A stretch of 64,000 nt of DNA from an uncultured Clostridia bacterium. GTDB lineage: Bacteria > Bacillota > Clostridia > Oscillospirales > CAG-382. The DNA lies in contig CANRAV010000007.1 in NCBI GenBank assembly GCA_947628695.1, forward strand, positions 19,549 to 83,548, written 5' to 3'. The position numbers and the translations under genes are program-made. The notes below the pieces were generated by a model. The model searched no databases and was not told where the DNA came from. It saw nothing but the letters and a program-made list of their open reading frames with translations. Positions 47,040 to 57,038 of the stretch are shown here, piece after piece (positions within the stretch are counted from its first letter, which is position 1; every line of letters starts with the position of its first letter).

Positions 47040-48095
47040 ATGCCAAGGCCAAGGATAATTATAGCAGATACCGATGTCAGCTATATATACCCTCTGCAGC
47101 TTAAATTTGTGGAGGAATTCTTTGAGGAAATTGATCTTGAGCTGATTAGCGAAAAAGAATATTTTAATTTTCTGTTCTCATCGCCTCAAAAAGCAGATGT
47201 GTTAGTAGTATCAGAGGAGTTGTATGATGCGTCGCTGCAGCGACATAATATCGGTAGCGTTTTCTTAATGACAGAGCAGTATGAAGAAGATCGAACCGGT
47301 GATTTGAAAGCAAATCGTATTTTCAAATATACTAGCATCAAAGAAATTTTCAACGAGATTATCGGGAAAAGCGAAGTACTTCAAATTAGGGAAAAAACAA
47401 AAAAAGAATGCCAGATTATCGTAATTGATTCTGCGTGTGGAGGTACCGGCAAGACAACGTTGGCGCTTGGCATAAGTCTTAGTCTTACAAAAAATTATAA
47501 AAGGGTTCTCTATATCAATGCAGGCCGCCTGCAATCATTTCAGAGAGTATTAAACAACCAAACTCCGATAACAGCCGCAAATGTATATTCAAAGTTGGCA
47601 AGTCCGGATGAGAGTATCTATGAAAATATAAAGCACGTTATTCGCAATGAGCATTTTAGTTACCTTCCACCGTTTAAAACAGCAATTATCTCCTTGGGGT
47701 TGCCATACTCGATTTATGGAAAAATTGCTCTATCCGCAAAAAAAGCAAGTGATTACGATTATATTATCGTAGATGTTGACACGTCTTTTGATGACGACAA
47801 AGCAAATTTACTCAGTATCGCGGATAAAGTTATCATAGTGACCAAACAAAATGAGGCCGCGCTATTCGCCACTAATGTCCTCATTTCAAATATTAATGGA
47901 GTAAATAGCGAAAAATACAGTTTTGTTTGCAACGATTTTGATAAGAATAGAGAAAATGCAATCATATCTCCAAATTTGCCGTTGAAATTTTCCGTTAACG
48001 AGTATGTTGAGCACATGGATCATTATGATAGTTTACGGTGCGAAGATTATTCGAAAAACGCCGGAATACAGCGCACAGCGTTTTTGGTAATGTAG
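47040..48095 (+). CDS. TadZ/CpaE-like (MinD/ParA superfamily) P-loop ATPase with an N-terminal receiver-like domain
   Basis: The N-terminus resembles a receiver (IIIADTD...) without an obvious phospho-Asp context. The Walker A is DSACGGTGKTTLAL, a deviant type lacking the signature Lys. The Walker B-like segment is YIIVDVD. Confidence 0.7.
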   Translation: MPRPRIIIADTDVSYIYPLQLKFVEEFFEEIDLELISEKEYFNFLFSSPQKADVLVVSEELYDASLQRHNIGSVFLMTEQYEEDRTGDLKANRIFKYTSIKEIFNEIIGKSEVLQIREKTKKECQIIVIDSACGGTGKTTLALGISLSLTKNYKRVLYINAGRLQSFQRVLNNQTPITAANVYSKLASPDESIYENIKHVIRNEHFSYLPPFKTAIISLGLPYSIYGKIALSAKKASDYDYIIVDVDTSFDDDKANLLSIADKVIIVTKQNEAALFATNVLISNINGVNSEKYSFVCNDFDKNRENAIISPNLPLKFSVNEYVEHMDHYDSLRCEDYSKNAGIQRTAFLVM

Positions 48096-48105
48096 GAGGT
48101 CCGCT

Positions 48106-48360
48106 ATGGCAAAAGAAACGGCAATTGTTATATTTAATATTCTCAAGCGGAATGTTTCTGTGGATTTAGAAATCCCGTTAGATATTACTGCGAATGAGTT
48201 GGTTATCGCACTTAACACTGCATACAGACTGGGCATTGATACAAGTGACATAAAAAACTGCTATCTGAAAGCAGAAAATCCTATTATTTTACTCCGTGGA
48301 AACAAAACCTTGGCTGAGTTCGGGCTGAGAAACGGAAGCAGTATCAATTATACAGAATAG
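48106..48360 (+). CDS. yukD: YukD/EsaB-like ubiquitin-fold T7SS protein
   Basis: 84 aa with the pattern VDLEIPLDITANELVIAL ... LRGNKTLAEFGLRNGSSI, typical of YukD/EsaB. It lies immediately upstream of essC. Confidence 0.75.
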   Translation: MAKETAIVIFNILKRNVSVDLEIPLDITANELVIALNTAYRLGIDTSDIKNCYLKAENPIILLRGNKTLAEFGLRNGSSINYTE

Positions 48361-48370
48361 GAGAATTACC

Positions 48371-51300
48371 ATGGATAGCAGATATAAGATCATAGTTTCC
48401 AGTAATAATATTTATAAAGAAATTGAACTTTCTTCCGATGCTAAGGAAATAAAGCTTGGTACTAGCATGGATTGTGATGTTCGCCTTCGCAAATCTCTGT
48501 TTTTCGATCAAATTGAATTGATATTCTCTAAGTTGGATTCTGGTTGGTCCGTACTATGCTCGGATAACCTCTACCTTACGGTTGGCGATGTTCGGAAATT
48601 AATGACGAAAAATCTTGTCCACGGTGATTCACTGACTGTAAAGTATCAAAACTCTGATAATGAAGTATTCTCCTTTGATTTTTTAATTGACTTTGATAAC
48701 GGCCAAACAAAGTATGAAAGAATTATTGACCTTACTGGGATCAGCTCTTTCACAATTGGTTCTGCGAAAACATCAAATATTGAAATTAGCAGCGCATATG
48801 TTAATGGAGATGATATAGAAATCGCGCGAATAGACACATCTCTGTTGCTGCGCATAAGGCATTCGAACTATGGTGTTTATCATAACGGAAACAAGATTGA
48901 AGGTCAAATTGAGATCAAAAGCGGCGATTTCTTTTCAATTTCCGACTATTTCTTCTACTTCAAGAATGAATTTTTGTGGACTGAAATAAGGGATGATATG
49001 AGCGTCAATTCCCTAAATTATAAGGACATGCCAACGCCTCATGCCTATCCGATGTTTAGCCGTAACACCCGAATAAAAACTGTTGTTAATGATGAAAAAA
49101 TAGAAATTCTTGACCCCCCAGCTAAGCCACAAAAGCCAAAAAACAATATATTTATGAGGCTGCTTCCCTCGTTCGGCATGCTCATCGCGGCCGGAGTTAT
49201 GGCATTCTTTGGCGGCATGATGATCATTATGTCTGCAATTTCAGGCATAATGTCGATCTTTACCGCTATCATGAGCATTAGAGAGAGCAATAAAGACTAC
49301 AAGGAAAGTTCTGCCGAGAGAATCGAAAAATATAACGCATATGTATCGAAAAAAAGAGCAGAAATTCAAGCATATCGTGCACAAGAACACGAAGAGTTAG
49401 ATGAACTCTATATTCCCCAAGATGTGGAAAGAAGCCGTCTTGCAGCATTTTCACCGGATTTGTTTGATCGTTCTCCGGAAGATGAAGACTTTCTTTGCGT
49501 TCGTTTGGGAAGTGGTGATGTTGAGTCTAAAAGAGAAATCTCTTACAAAAAGCAGGAGAAACTCGATGTAGATGATGAATTGCAGCAAATCCCAGAGGAA
49601 ATTTGCAATGAATTCAAAAATGTGCATGGTGCGCCTATTGTGTGTGATTTCAAAGAAATCAGCGCAATGGGTATTGTTGGTGCGACCGGATTTAGATTTG
49701 AATTTCTTAAAAATATTGTCATTGACATTGCTGCAAGACAATTTTTCTCTGATGTAAAAATGGTCCTTGCAGCCAAAACTGAAAACAAAGATCAAATACA
49801 ATGGCTTAGACTTTTGCCTCATGTTTTTAACGATGATATTAAAGTTAGAAACATTGTATGTGACGACGAAAGCAAAAATTTAGTATTTGAGTATCTCTAT
49901 AAAGAGCTGACTATAAGAGAGCAGAACAAGACTTACGATGATAATATCGTCATCTTCTTCTACGATGAGTGTGGATTTAAGAGCCATCCGATTTCAAAGT
50001 TCATAAATAAAGCCAAAGATCTCGGAGTCACATTCGTCTTTTTTGGGGACAGCGCGGCAGACATCCCACAGGGTTGTGGTTATATTGTGTCAGTATCTGA
50101 TAATCAGAATGCGACTTTAATTAATACACAGAACAAAGGGCAATCTTCACCGTTTATCTATCAGACAATAAGCAATGAACAAGCAGAGAATATTGTTAAA
50201 CTCTTGGCACCGGTTTACACCGAAGAAATTTCGCTGGAAGGAACATTAACTAAGAACATTACCCTGTTTGAACTTCTCAATATTATCGCCGTTGATGACA
50301 TCGATCTACAATGCAGGTGGGCAACGTCTCAGGTTACTAAGTCCATGGCTGCACCACTCGGAGTCTCTAAGACAGGCGTGGTTTCATTGGATCTACATGA
50401 CAAGGCCCATGGCCCGCACGGACTTGTCGCGGGTACAACAGGCTCTGGCAAATCTGAGATTCTGCAGACATATATTCTTGCGATGTCGACCCTGTATCAT
50501 CCCTACGAAGTAGCATTTGTAATAATCGACTTTAAAGGCGGCGGAATGGTAAATCAGTTCAAGGAACTCCCGCATCTTCTTGGAGCGATTACCAATATCG
50601 ATGGCAAGGAAATAAGCCGCTCTCTTAAATCTATTAAGGCGGAATTGCAAAAGCGCCAGAGGCTATTTGCGGAAGTCGATGTAAACCATATAGATAAATA
50701 CATAGGCAAATTCAAATCCGGCGAAGCGAAAACCCCGTTGCCTCACTTAATCATTATTGTTGATGAGTTTGCAGAATTAAAGGCAGAGCAACCCGAATTT
50801 ATGAAGGAGCTTATTTCTGCGGCTCGAATTGGCCGTAGCTTGGGCGTTCATCTTATTCTTGCGACGCAGAAACCCTCTGGTCAGGTCAATGAACAGATTT
50901 GGAGCAACTCTCGGTTTAAGCTCTGCCTAAAGGTTCAGAGTCAAGAAGACAGCAATGAAGTAATCAAGTCTCCCCTGGCTGCAGAAATAAAAGAACCTGG
51001 ACGCGCGTATTTGCAGGTGGGCAACAATGAAATCTTCGAGCTATTCCAGTCTGCATATAGCGGAGCATCAGAAAAAGCAGATGATAGCAAAGTAAAAGAG
51101 TTTGCGATATATTCCTTGACGGATTCTGGCAGAAGAGTGCCCGTCTATGTTCAGAAGAAGCAGCAGACCGGCGATGGTAGTTCTACTCAGCTTGATGCGA
51201 TTGTGAGATATATTTCTTCTTACTGTGAGAAAAAACAGATTCAAAAACTTCCTAACATTTGCTTGCCCTCACTTAGCGATCGCATTGCTTTTCCCAATGC

Positions 51301-52882
51301 GGAACAGATAGAACAAACTTCGTTCAATATCATTGCAGAAATTGGTGTATATGATGACCCGGATAATCAGTATCAAGGTCAGTATACTGTCGATCTGACG
51401 AATCAAAATGTTATGATTATCGGTTCGTCTCAGTCCGGAAAAACGAATTTACTTCAAAACATCATCAGAAGTATTTCAACGAAGTACACTCCAAAGGAAG
51501 TCAACATCTACATAATTGACTTTGCATCAATGGTTCTTAAAACATATGAAAAGCTAAATCATGTAGGTGGCGTCGTAACATCCTCCGAGGACGAAAAACT
51601 GAAAAATCTCATAAAGTTACTCAAAACTGAGATTGAAACGAGGAAAGAAAGACTTCTTTCAGTCGGCGTAAGCTCGTTTGCCGCATACAGAGAAGCAGGG
51701 CGGGATGATCTTCCACAAATCGTTATATTAATTGATAACCTAACGGCATTAAAAGAATTGTATTTCCAGGATGATGATGAATTATTGAATTTGTGCCGTG
51801 AGGGATTAAGTGTCGGCATTAGCATAGTTATTGCTAACGCACAAACAGCAGGCATTGGATATAAGTATCTCTCCAATTTTTCATGCAGAATTGCAATGTT
51901 TTGTAACGATTCAGGAGAGTATAGTGCACTGTTTGATCATTGCAGTGAACGAATCGAAGACATCCACGGACGCTGCATTGTCGAAATTGATAAAGTTCAT
52001 TTGGACTGTCAAACGTATCTTGCCTTTGAAGGTGAAAAGGAAATCGATAGAGTCAAGGCGATTAAGGAGTATATAGCTAAAACAAATGCTAAAAACGCGA
52101 AAATGTTCGCTAATATCATTCCTGTTATTCCCGATACACTTACCCTCGATTTTGTGGCAAACACATATACCCCATATATGCAGGCCAAGCATTCAATTGC
52201 TATCGGCTTAGACTATGGTTCTGTAAGCCCGTGCATCCTCGATTTGTCCGCGATTGGCGTACTTGCTATATCCGGAAGAGAAGGCTCCGGGAAAAATAAC
52301 ATTGTTAAATACATCACCTGCCTTTTGGATCAGGTGCATCCGGAAACTTCTGAGGTATATATTGTCGATGGGGTCGGACGCAAGCTCGCGGCTCTTAAAG
52401 GAAAATCAAATGTTGTTTCTTACGATATTCTCCCAGATAAAGGTATTGAGTACATAAAATCTATCGAGCAAAAATTGCAAAGGAGATATTCTGCCCTTGC
52501 AGAAGGCGACGAGAAAATACTTGAAAATTCAAAGCTTATTCTTCTTGTCCTCAATAGTGGAGATGCTGTAGAAGCAATTTCTAATGATCCTGTTGCTCTC
52601 AATGCGTACAAAAACATCACAGGTAAATATAAGAACATGAATGTTTGTATTCTGCTGGGTGGCTTTGAAAATGCGAATATCCCATATTCAGCCCCCGAAA
52701 TCGTCAAAAAAGTGCGTGATTCAAAGCACTTCTTGTTCTTTGATGATCTGTCTAATATGAAGATCATAGATATGCCGCTTTCAGTTATGAGAAACTACAA
52801 GAAGCCAATTGAAATCGGTGACTGCTACTATATTCGTGATAACGAATGCCAGAAGGTAAAGACGCCTTTGTGTGTACTGTAA
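48371..52882 (+). CDS. essC: Type VII secretion FtsK/SpoIIIE-family ATPase EssC
   Basis: 1,503 aa with two N-terminal FHA-like domains and two TM helices (about aa 265-310). It has three P-loop domains (GTTGSGKSE, GSSQSGKTN, GREGSGKNN). Confidence 0.92.
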   Translation: MDSRYKIIVSSNNIYKEIELSSDAKEIKLGTSMDCDVRLRKSLFFDQIELIFSKLDSGWSVLCSDNLYLTVGDVRKLMTKNLVHGDSLTVKYQNSDNEVFSFDFLIDFDNGQTKYERIIDLTGISSFTIGSAKTSNIEISSAYVNGDDIEIARIDTSLLLRIRHSNYGVYHNGNKIEGQIEIKSGDFFSISDYFFYFKNEFLWTEIRDDMSVNSLNYKDMPTPHAYPMFSRNTRIKTVVNDEKIEILDPPAKPQKPKNNIFMRLLPSFGMLIAAGVMAFFGGMMIIMSAISGIMSIFTAIMSIRESNKDYKESSAERIEKYNAYVSKKRAEIQAYRAQEHEELDELYIPQDVERSRLAAFSPDLFDRSPEDEDFLCVRLGSGDVESKREISYKKQEKLDVDDELQQIPEEICNEFKNVHGAPIVCDFKEISAMGIVGATGFRFEFLKNIVIDIAARQFFSDVKMVLAAKTENKDQIQWLRLLPHVFNDDIKVRNIVCDDESKNLVFEYLYKELTIREQNKTYDDNIVIFFYDECGFKSHPISKFINKAKDLGVTFVFFGDSAADIPQGCGYIVSVSDNQNATLINTQNKGQSSPFIYQTISNEQAENIVKLLAPVYTEEISLEGTLTKNITLFELLNIIAVDDIDLQCRWATSQVTKSMAAPLGVSKTGVVSLDLHDKAHGPHGLVAGTTGSGKSEILQTYILAMSTLYHPYEVAFVIIDFKGGGMVNQFKELPHLLGAITNIDGKEISRSLKSIKAELQKRQRLFAEVDVNHIDKYIGKFKSGEAKTPLPHLIIIVDEFAELKAEQPEFMKELISAARIGRSLGVHLILATQKPSGQVNEQIWSNSRFKLCLKVQSQEDSNEVIKSPLAAEIKEPGRAYLQVGNNEIFELFQSAYSGASEKADDSKVKEFAIYSLTDSGRRVPVYVQKKQQTGDGSSTQLDAIVRYISSYCEKKQIQKLPNICLPSLSDRIAFPNAEQIEQTSFNIIAEIGVYDDPDNQYQGQYTVDLTNQNVMIIGSSQSGKTNLLQNIIRSISTKYTPKEVNIYIIDFASMVLKTYEKLNHVGGVVTSSEDEKLKNLIKLLKTEIETRKERLLSVGVSSFAAYREAGRDDLPQIVILIDNLTALKELYFQDDDELLNLCREGLSVGISIVIANAQTAGIGYKYLSNFSCRIAMFCNDSGEYSALFDHCSERIEDIHGRCIVEIDKVHLDCQTYLAFEGEKEIDRVKAIKEYIAKTNAKNAKMFANIIPVIPDTLTLDFVANTYTPYMQAKHSIAIGLDYGSVSPCILDLSAIGVLAISGREGSGKNNIVKYITCLLDQVHPETSEVYIVDGVGRKLAALKGKSNVVSYDILPDKGIEYIKSIEQKLQRRYSALAEGDEKILENSKLILLVLNSGDAVEAISNDPVALNAYKNITGKYKNMNVCILLGGFENANIPYSAPEIVKKVRDSKHFLFFDDLSNMKIIDMPLSVMRNYKKPIEIGDCYYIRDNECQKVKTPLCVL

Positions 52883-52941
52883 TTGTGCTGCCGTCTTATG
52901 GATAAGAGATAATTATCACGCTCTCAAGAGGAGGGATTTGT

Positions 52942-53364
52942 ATGCTAAAAACAGAGATAGAAAGTGAAATTAGCAGGCTGCAAAAACAGCTGCAGGGCTA
53001 TCGTTCAAAAAAGAAAAAGGCTGAAAGTGAACAGCAAGAGATGGACACAGTCATATCCAAAATACGGCAGAAAACCGCGGAAATCGAAGGCGGTTTGCAA
53101 GAGACCCTCAAAACTATTGAAATACGCCTTAGCAAGTTAAACCCTAAAAGCAAGTTCAAAGTCAAATATTTGGAAAAAGTAAAGGGGTTCCTTCAAAACT
53201 CCAGTTCATCTTCTGCGGTGGAGAACACTCGTGAAGCAGAAAGAAAAGCAAAGAAAAAACATCTTGAGTTAGAGGATACAATTTCTGGCTACAACAGCAA
53301 AATCCGCAGTTTGGAACAAGAAATTGAAAAGCTAAATAATCAGCTCAAGCAGCTGGGAGTGTAA
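52942..53364 (+). CDS. ~140-aa coiled-coil protein (YwqH/DUF5082-like LXG accessory protein)
   Basis: It is an all-helical heptad-rich sequence. Its position and size match the first gene of ywqH-ywqI-ywqJ-type LXG operons. Confidence 0.55.
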   Translation: MLKTEIESEISRLQKQLQGYRSKKKKAESEQQEMDTVISKIRQKTAEIEGGLQETLKTIEIRLSKLNPKSKFKVKYLEKVKGFLQNSSSSSAVENTREAERKAKKKHLELEDTISGYNSKIRSLEQEIEKLNNQLKQLGV

Positions 53365-53369
53365 TCGAT

Positions 53370-53663
53370 ATGGCTAGTAAAGAAATTCAAATAACAGAAT
53401 ATGAATTAGAGAATTGTAATGGCAATCTTACAAAGCTCTCCTCCATCTGGACTTTGACTCCACAGGTTTCTTCGTGCATGGTAGCAAAAAGCAAAGGAAA
53501 ATCAGCTGATGGTATAAAAGACAGCCTTGACTTAACAAAACAACTGTCAAAATCCTTACAAGCCCTCTTGGATAATTCTATAAGCTTTTTCGCATCCATG
53601 GGAATTGCTTTTCAAGAATCGGATGAGGCTGCGGCACAACATATTGATACCATAACAAAGTAA
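53370..53663 (+). CDS. Small helical T7SS targeting factor (Lap1 / TIGR04197-like)
   Basis: 97 aa and helical, with a C-terminal FQESD (FxxxD) motif. It lies immediately upstream of the LXG gene. Confidence 0.55.
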   Translation: MASKEIQITEYELENCNGNLTKLSSIWTLTPQVSSCMVAKSKGKSADGIKDSLDLTKQLSKSLQALLDNSISFFASMGIAFQESDEAAAQHIDTITK

Positions 53664-53687
53664 CCAAACTACGGAGGTAAACTAAAA

Positions 53688-55556
53688 TTGTACGGATATA
53701 ATTTGATTGTGGATGATGACGAGTTGAATTTAGCTGGAAAGTGTTTTAAGTCTTTTTCCGACACTTTGGAATCAGTTTTTGATCAGTATAAGCTAATCTT
53801 AGACAATGTCAGTACAAACGCGGTTCCCTACGGCGAGGTTCATGACGCGCTCGTCCTTTATTCTGATTATGTTGTCAAGGTTCAAAAAATATCAGATCAG
53901 ATTGGAGACAAATTTTCTAAACTGATAAGCAATTTTATTTCCGAAATTGAGAATGCAGATGACTACCTATACGACACAGGCATCTCAAACATGACGAGGG
54001 ATTTTTCTGATGATGAGTATGAGCACCTTCGTAGTTGTTTAAAAGACCCATGGTGTTCGCTTACAGATTCCATCGGCGATTGGTTTTATAGCAAAGCAAT
54101 TAAAATCGTTGAATTCTTCAAATGGGATAGCGTTAAAGCGTATTTACAAAGCTGTCATCGTCTTTTACTTGATTATAACGATGAAATTGCTCAGGGTCTG
54201 AAAATTCTCTTTGAGTGTGTATACGCTGTAGACAAAAAGTATGGCACCAGCATCGCAGGTGGAGTCAGTAACGACGATAACTATACAGGCCATTTTGCGT
54301 ATGTTGTACTTACGTTGTGCGATTTGAGAAATATGCTCGACGAAATGACATTCATAATAGATCCCATCAACGGTTCATTTACTGCGAAGGTTATTGAGGC
54401 GCGTTTGGGAAACGCATATAAGGAACTCCTTAAAGATTTTGAGAATGCAATTGCAATCCCAGAAGTTGGATCAAAACCGACAATAGAAGAAATCTCTAAT
54501 TTTGCTTCGCAGCCTTGGGGCAATCTATATTTTAGTAATTTTTTCCAAGCTTCCACTAAGTTTGTTTATGATATGGGTGGGTGGGAAGCCTTTCAGATGA
54601 TCGTTTTCAATATGTTCGATATTTCTAAAACCGTCTTATTCGAAGAAAGTAACTATGAGGACTATTTGGCTAAAAAACAGTTGCTTTCTGTCTTGGAAGA
54701 CATGACGAATGAATACAAGTATTCGGAAAGCGACGAGCAGGAAGCCGTTGACGATTGCAAGACATTTCTTAAATATGTGAAGAAATTTGGAAAGAAAATA
54801 TACAAGTACATGAACGAGCATACGCTTGATAACGGAAAGCTTATTCTTGATGGGAGAACGATTAATGCACGTCAATATAGAGAGTTTCTTGAAAGTTTGG
54901 GTGGTGCTGAAACGATATTGAAGTGCGGTGATGATTCTATTGAGTATATTAGCAGGTTGTTTACTGACTATTCTAAAGGTCTGGAAATACTGGATTCTTT
55001 TGAAAATAACTACACAGGCAATGAAAAAATTTTGAGTAGCGTCAGCAATGTCAGAAGGCTATATAACAAAGAATTTTGTGCCTTGGTTGAAGAAGGCCTA
55101 AAGATAGTTATTGATAATGGATTGGATGTTGCTTTGAAAAAATTGGGCGATGCTGTCCCGGTCATTGGTGTAGTTAATGCAATTGATGAGGGACTTGGGA
55201 CAGTTGGAAAAATAACCGGATTAGGTAGCGATGCAAAAAGTATGATTGATGCGCTTGCATACTTCAATCTTCAAACTTCAAGTGAAACAGCATATAAGAA
55301 TGCTTTGGAGAAGGTTCAAAATGCCGATCCGAGCAGCGAGGGCTATGATGCTTTAGTTGAGGATCTTAATAATTGCTTTGAATTGAATAAAAAGAATACG
55401 ATCGAAATGTTTAAAGCGATGGCAACGGCTTCAAACGGCACGAAAAAAGCGTATTATAAGTATTGCGCAAAGCAGGCCGAAAACCTTACCATGAGAGATA
55501 CCGCTTGTCCAGATATTCTCTCTTATGACGAGTTTGTTGCCTTGGAGACCGCATAA
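53688..55556 (+). CDS. LXG-domain T7SS effector with an uncharacterised helical C-terminal region
   Basis: TTG start lies 9 nt after GGAGGT. The N-terminal helical domain has an L-A-G (LxG) motif at ELNLAGK. It is 622 aa and no known toxin domain was recognised. Confidence 0.65.
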   Translation: MYGYNLIVDDDELNLAGKCFKSFSDTLESVFDQYKLILDNVSTNAVPYGEVHDALVLYSDYVVKVQKISDQIGDKFSKLISNFISEIENADDYLYDTGISNMTRDFSDDEYEHLRSCLKDPWCSLTDSIGDWFYSKAIKIVEFFKWDSVKAYLQSCHRLLLDYNDEIAQGLKILFECVYAVDKKYGTSIAGGVSNDDNYTGHFAYVVLTLCDLRNMLDEMTFIIDPINGSFTAKVIEARLGNAYKELLKDFENAIAIPEVGSKPTIEEISNFASQPWGNLYFSNFFQASTKFVYDMGGWEAFQMIVFNMFDISKTVLFEESNYEDYLAKKQLLSVLEDMTNEYKYSESDEQEAVDDCKTFLKYVKKFGKKIYKYMNEHTLDNGKLILDGRTINARQYREFLESLGGAETILKCGDDSIEYISRLFTDYSKGLEILDSFENNYTGNEKILSSVSNVRRLYNKEFCALVEEGLKIVIDNGLDVALKKLGDAVPVIGVVNAIDEGLGTVGKITGLGSDAKSMIDALAYFNLQTSSETAYKNALEKVQNADPSSEGYDALVEDLNNCFELNKKNTIEMFKAMATASNGTKKAYYKYCAKQAENLTMRDTACPDILSYDEFVALETA

Positions 55557-55602
55557 AATCGAAAAGAAAGGAAACTGAAAATGAATACAATGAGTCCAGT
55601 TC

Positions 55603-56145
55603 TTGTTGCTGTTAAAGGAGCTTGCTGAAACATGTCCAGAGGTATTAGATTACCTGTTTTCAGATTATTCAAAAGGGTTAGAAATCCTTGATAATATCTC
55701 CGAGATATGTGATCGTTCTGGAAGTTCCGAGATAAGTTCAGCAATTGAAAAACTCCGTTTGGATTATAACAATAAATGGAGTGGTCTACTAAGAAAAAAC
55801 GGAGACTTTGGTGCCGATATGATATCTAAGCTGAGCGAGTAAGGCATTAAAGAATGGATCAAAGACAAAATTGGAGATACATCTGTTTTGATGAGCATAC
55901 TGGATATTGCAGGCATGGAAGCAAAGGTTGATGCAAGCCATAAACTTATTGCATTAAGAAAAGTAGCTGATGAACTGCAGGATGCATACGAGGATGTTAT
56001 CGAAAAGATCAGATCAGGCAACTACACAGAGGCAGATATCAACAGTGCAGAAAATCTGTTTAACATGTTGAAGGAGACTACAAAATCTGTGTATAAGACT
56101 TACAGAGATATGTGTGACGATCTCACGAAAAAATTGGATAAATGA
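55603..56145 (+). pseudogene. 5'-truncated orphan copy of the C-terminal part of the LXG effector, with an in-frame TAA at 55840-55842
   Basis: LFSDYSKGLEILDN aligns with LFTDYSKGLEILDS of the full-length gene. ORFs 55603-55842 and 55888-56145 are in the same frame, separated by one TAA. Confidence 0.6.
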
Positions 56146-56244
56146 TCAAATCGAAAACCTTGAGCAAATGACGATGAGAAGTTATAGCCCATATATATGA
56201 GGCTTATCTAGGATATTAAAATAGCAGAACGGAGGGTGATTTAT

Positions 56245-56697
56245 ATGAGCGTCACTTCTTTAGAAAGTCAAGTGCGATCATATGAGCAGAAAATAACTAC
56301 TGCTGAGTCGCAAATAAGAAAATGTGAGAGGAATTATGAGTCGCTACGGACATTCAAGGGTGTAGTCGAACGGTCCCAAGAAGACTTCAGTTCCGTAAAC
56401 AGAAAAAAACAAGGTATTTTGGCGGAGGTTGATGCTGTAAAAAAGGACAGCCTTACAGCACAAAGATATTCCGCAGGCATGAGTAAGGTGCTTAGCGGTA
56501 TCGGCTCCAAAATTGTAGCAATCGCCTATGCAGGATTTCTGTATCTCATCAAAAATAAGTTAAACAGCTATGTGAATGCTGTTTCTTCCTATGAAAATCA
56601 GATAGCGAACTATAACCGAAACATAACTAACCTGAACAAGCAAATTGAAACCGAAAAGGCGGAAGAACTTGCAAAGGCGGAAGGAGGACAAGCATGA
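56245..56697 (+). CDS. Coiled-coil protein, counterpart of 52942-53364 for a second effector module
   Basis: GGAGGG RBS (56231-36) lies 8 nt before ATG 56245. It has helical heptads and a central hydrophobic segment (IVAIAYAGFLYLI). Confidence 0.55.
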   Translation: MSVTSLESQVRSYEQKITTAESQIRKCERNYESLRTFKGVVERSQEDFSSVNRKKQGILAEVDAVKKDSLTAQRYSAGMSKVLSGIGSKIVAIAYAGFLYLIKNKLNSYVNAVSSYENQIANYNRNITNLNKQIETEKAEELAKAEGGQA

Positions 56698-57026
56698 CTA
56701 AAGATATTATTTATAATGAGAATGAGCTGTCAATTGCGGCAAACAGCATCGTTACTTATGCTGACTTCCTTACACGCTGCATAGCCGACTATACTTCTAT
56801 TCTGAAAGATATTCAGGCCAAAGGAATAAAAGACAACATGATTACATCTAAGCTTTCAGAGTTAACATCCTCTTTGGCACCGTATGCAACTGCCATCTAC
56901 GACGATGGAAAAGAAATATCATCTAATGTCAACAAGAGTATTTCGGATGTGGCTACGGCGGATAATTTCCAATTCCCTGGTGATGTTACATCGACAATTG
57001 CTTCTTTGCTCGCCAAATTCTTATAA
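56694..57026 (+). CDS. Stand-alone LXG-like N-terminal domain protein (110 aa)
   Basis: It aligns with the first ~95 aa of the LXG effector (NELSIAA vs DELNLAG; DYTSILKDI vs QYKLILDNV; VATADNFQF vs IENADDYLY). Its ATG overlaps the previous stop. Confidence 0.5.
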   Translation: MTKDIIYNENELSIAANSIVTYADFLTRCIADYTSILKDIQAKGIKDNMITSKLSELTSSLAPYATAIYDDGKEISSNVNKSISDVATADNFQFPGDVTSTIASLLAKFL

Positions 57027-57038
57027 GGAGGGATTGCT

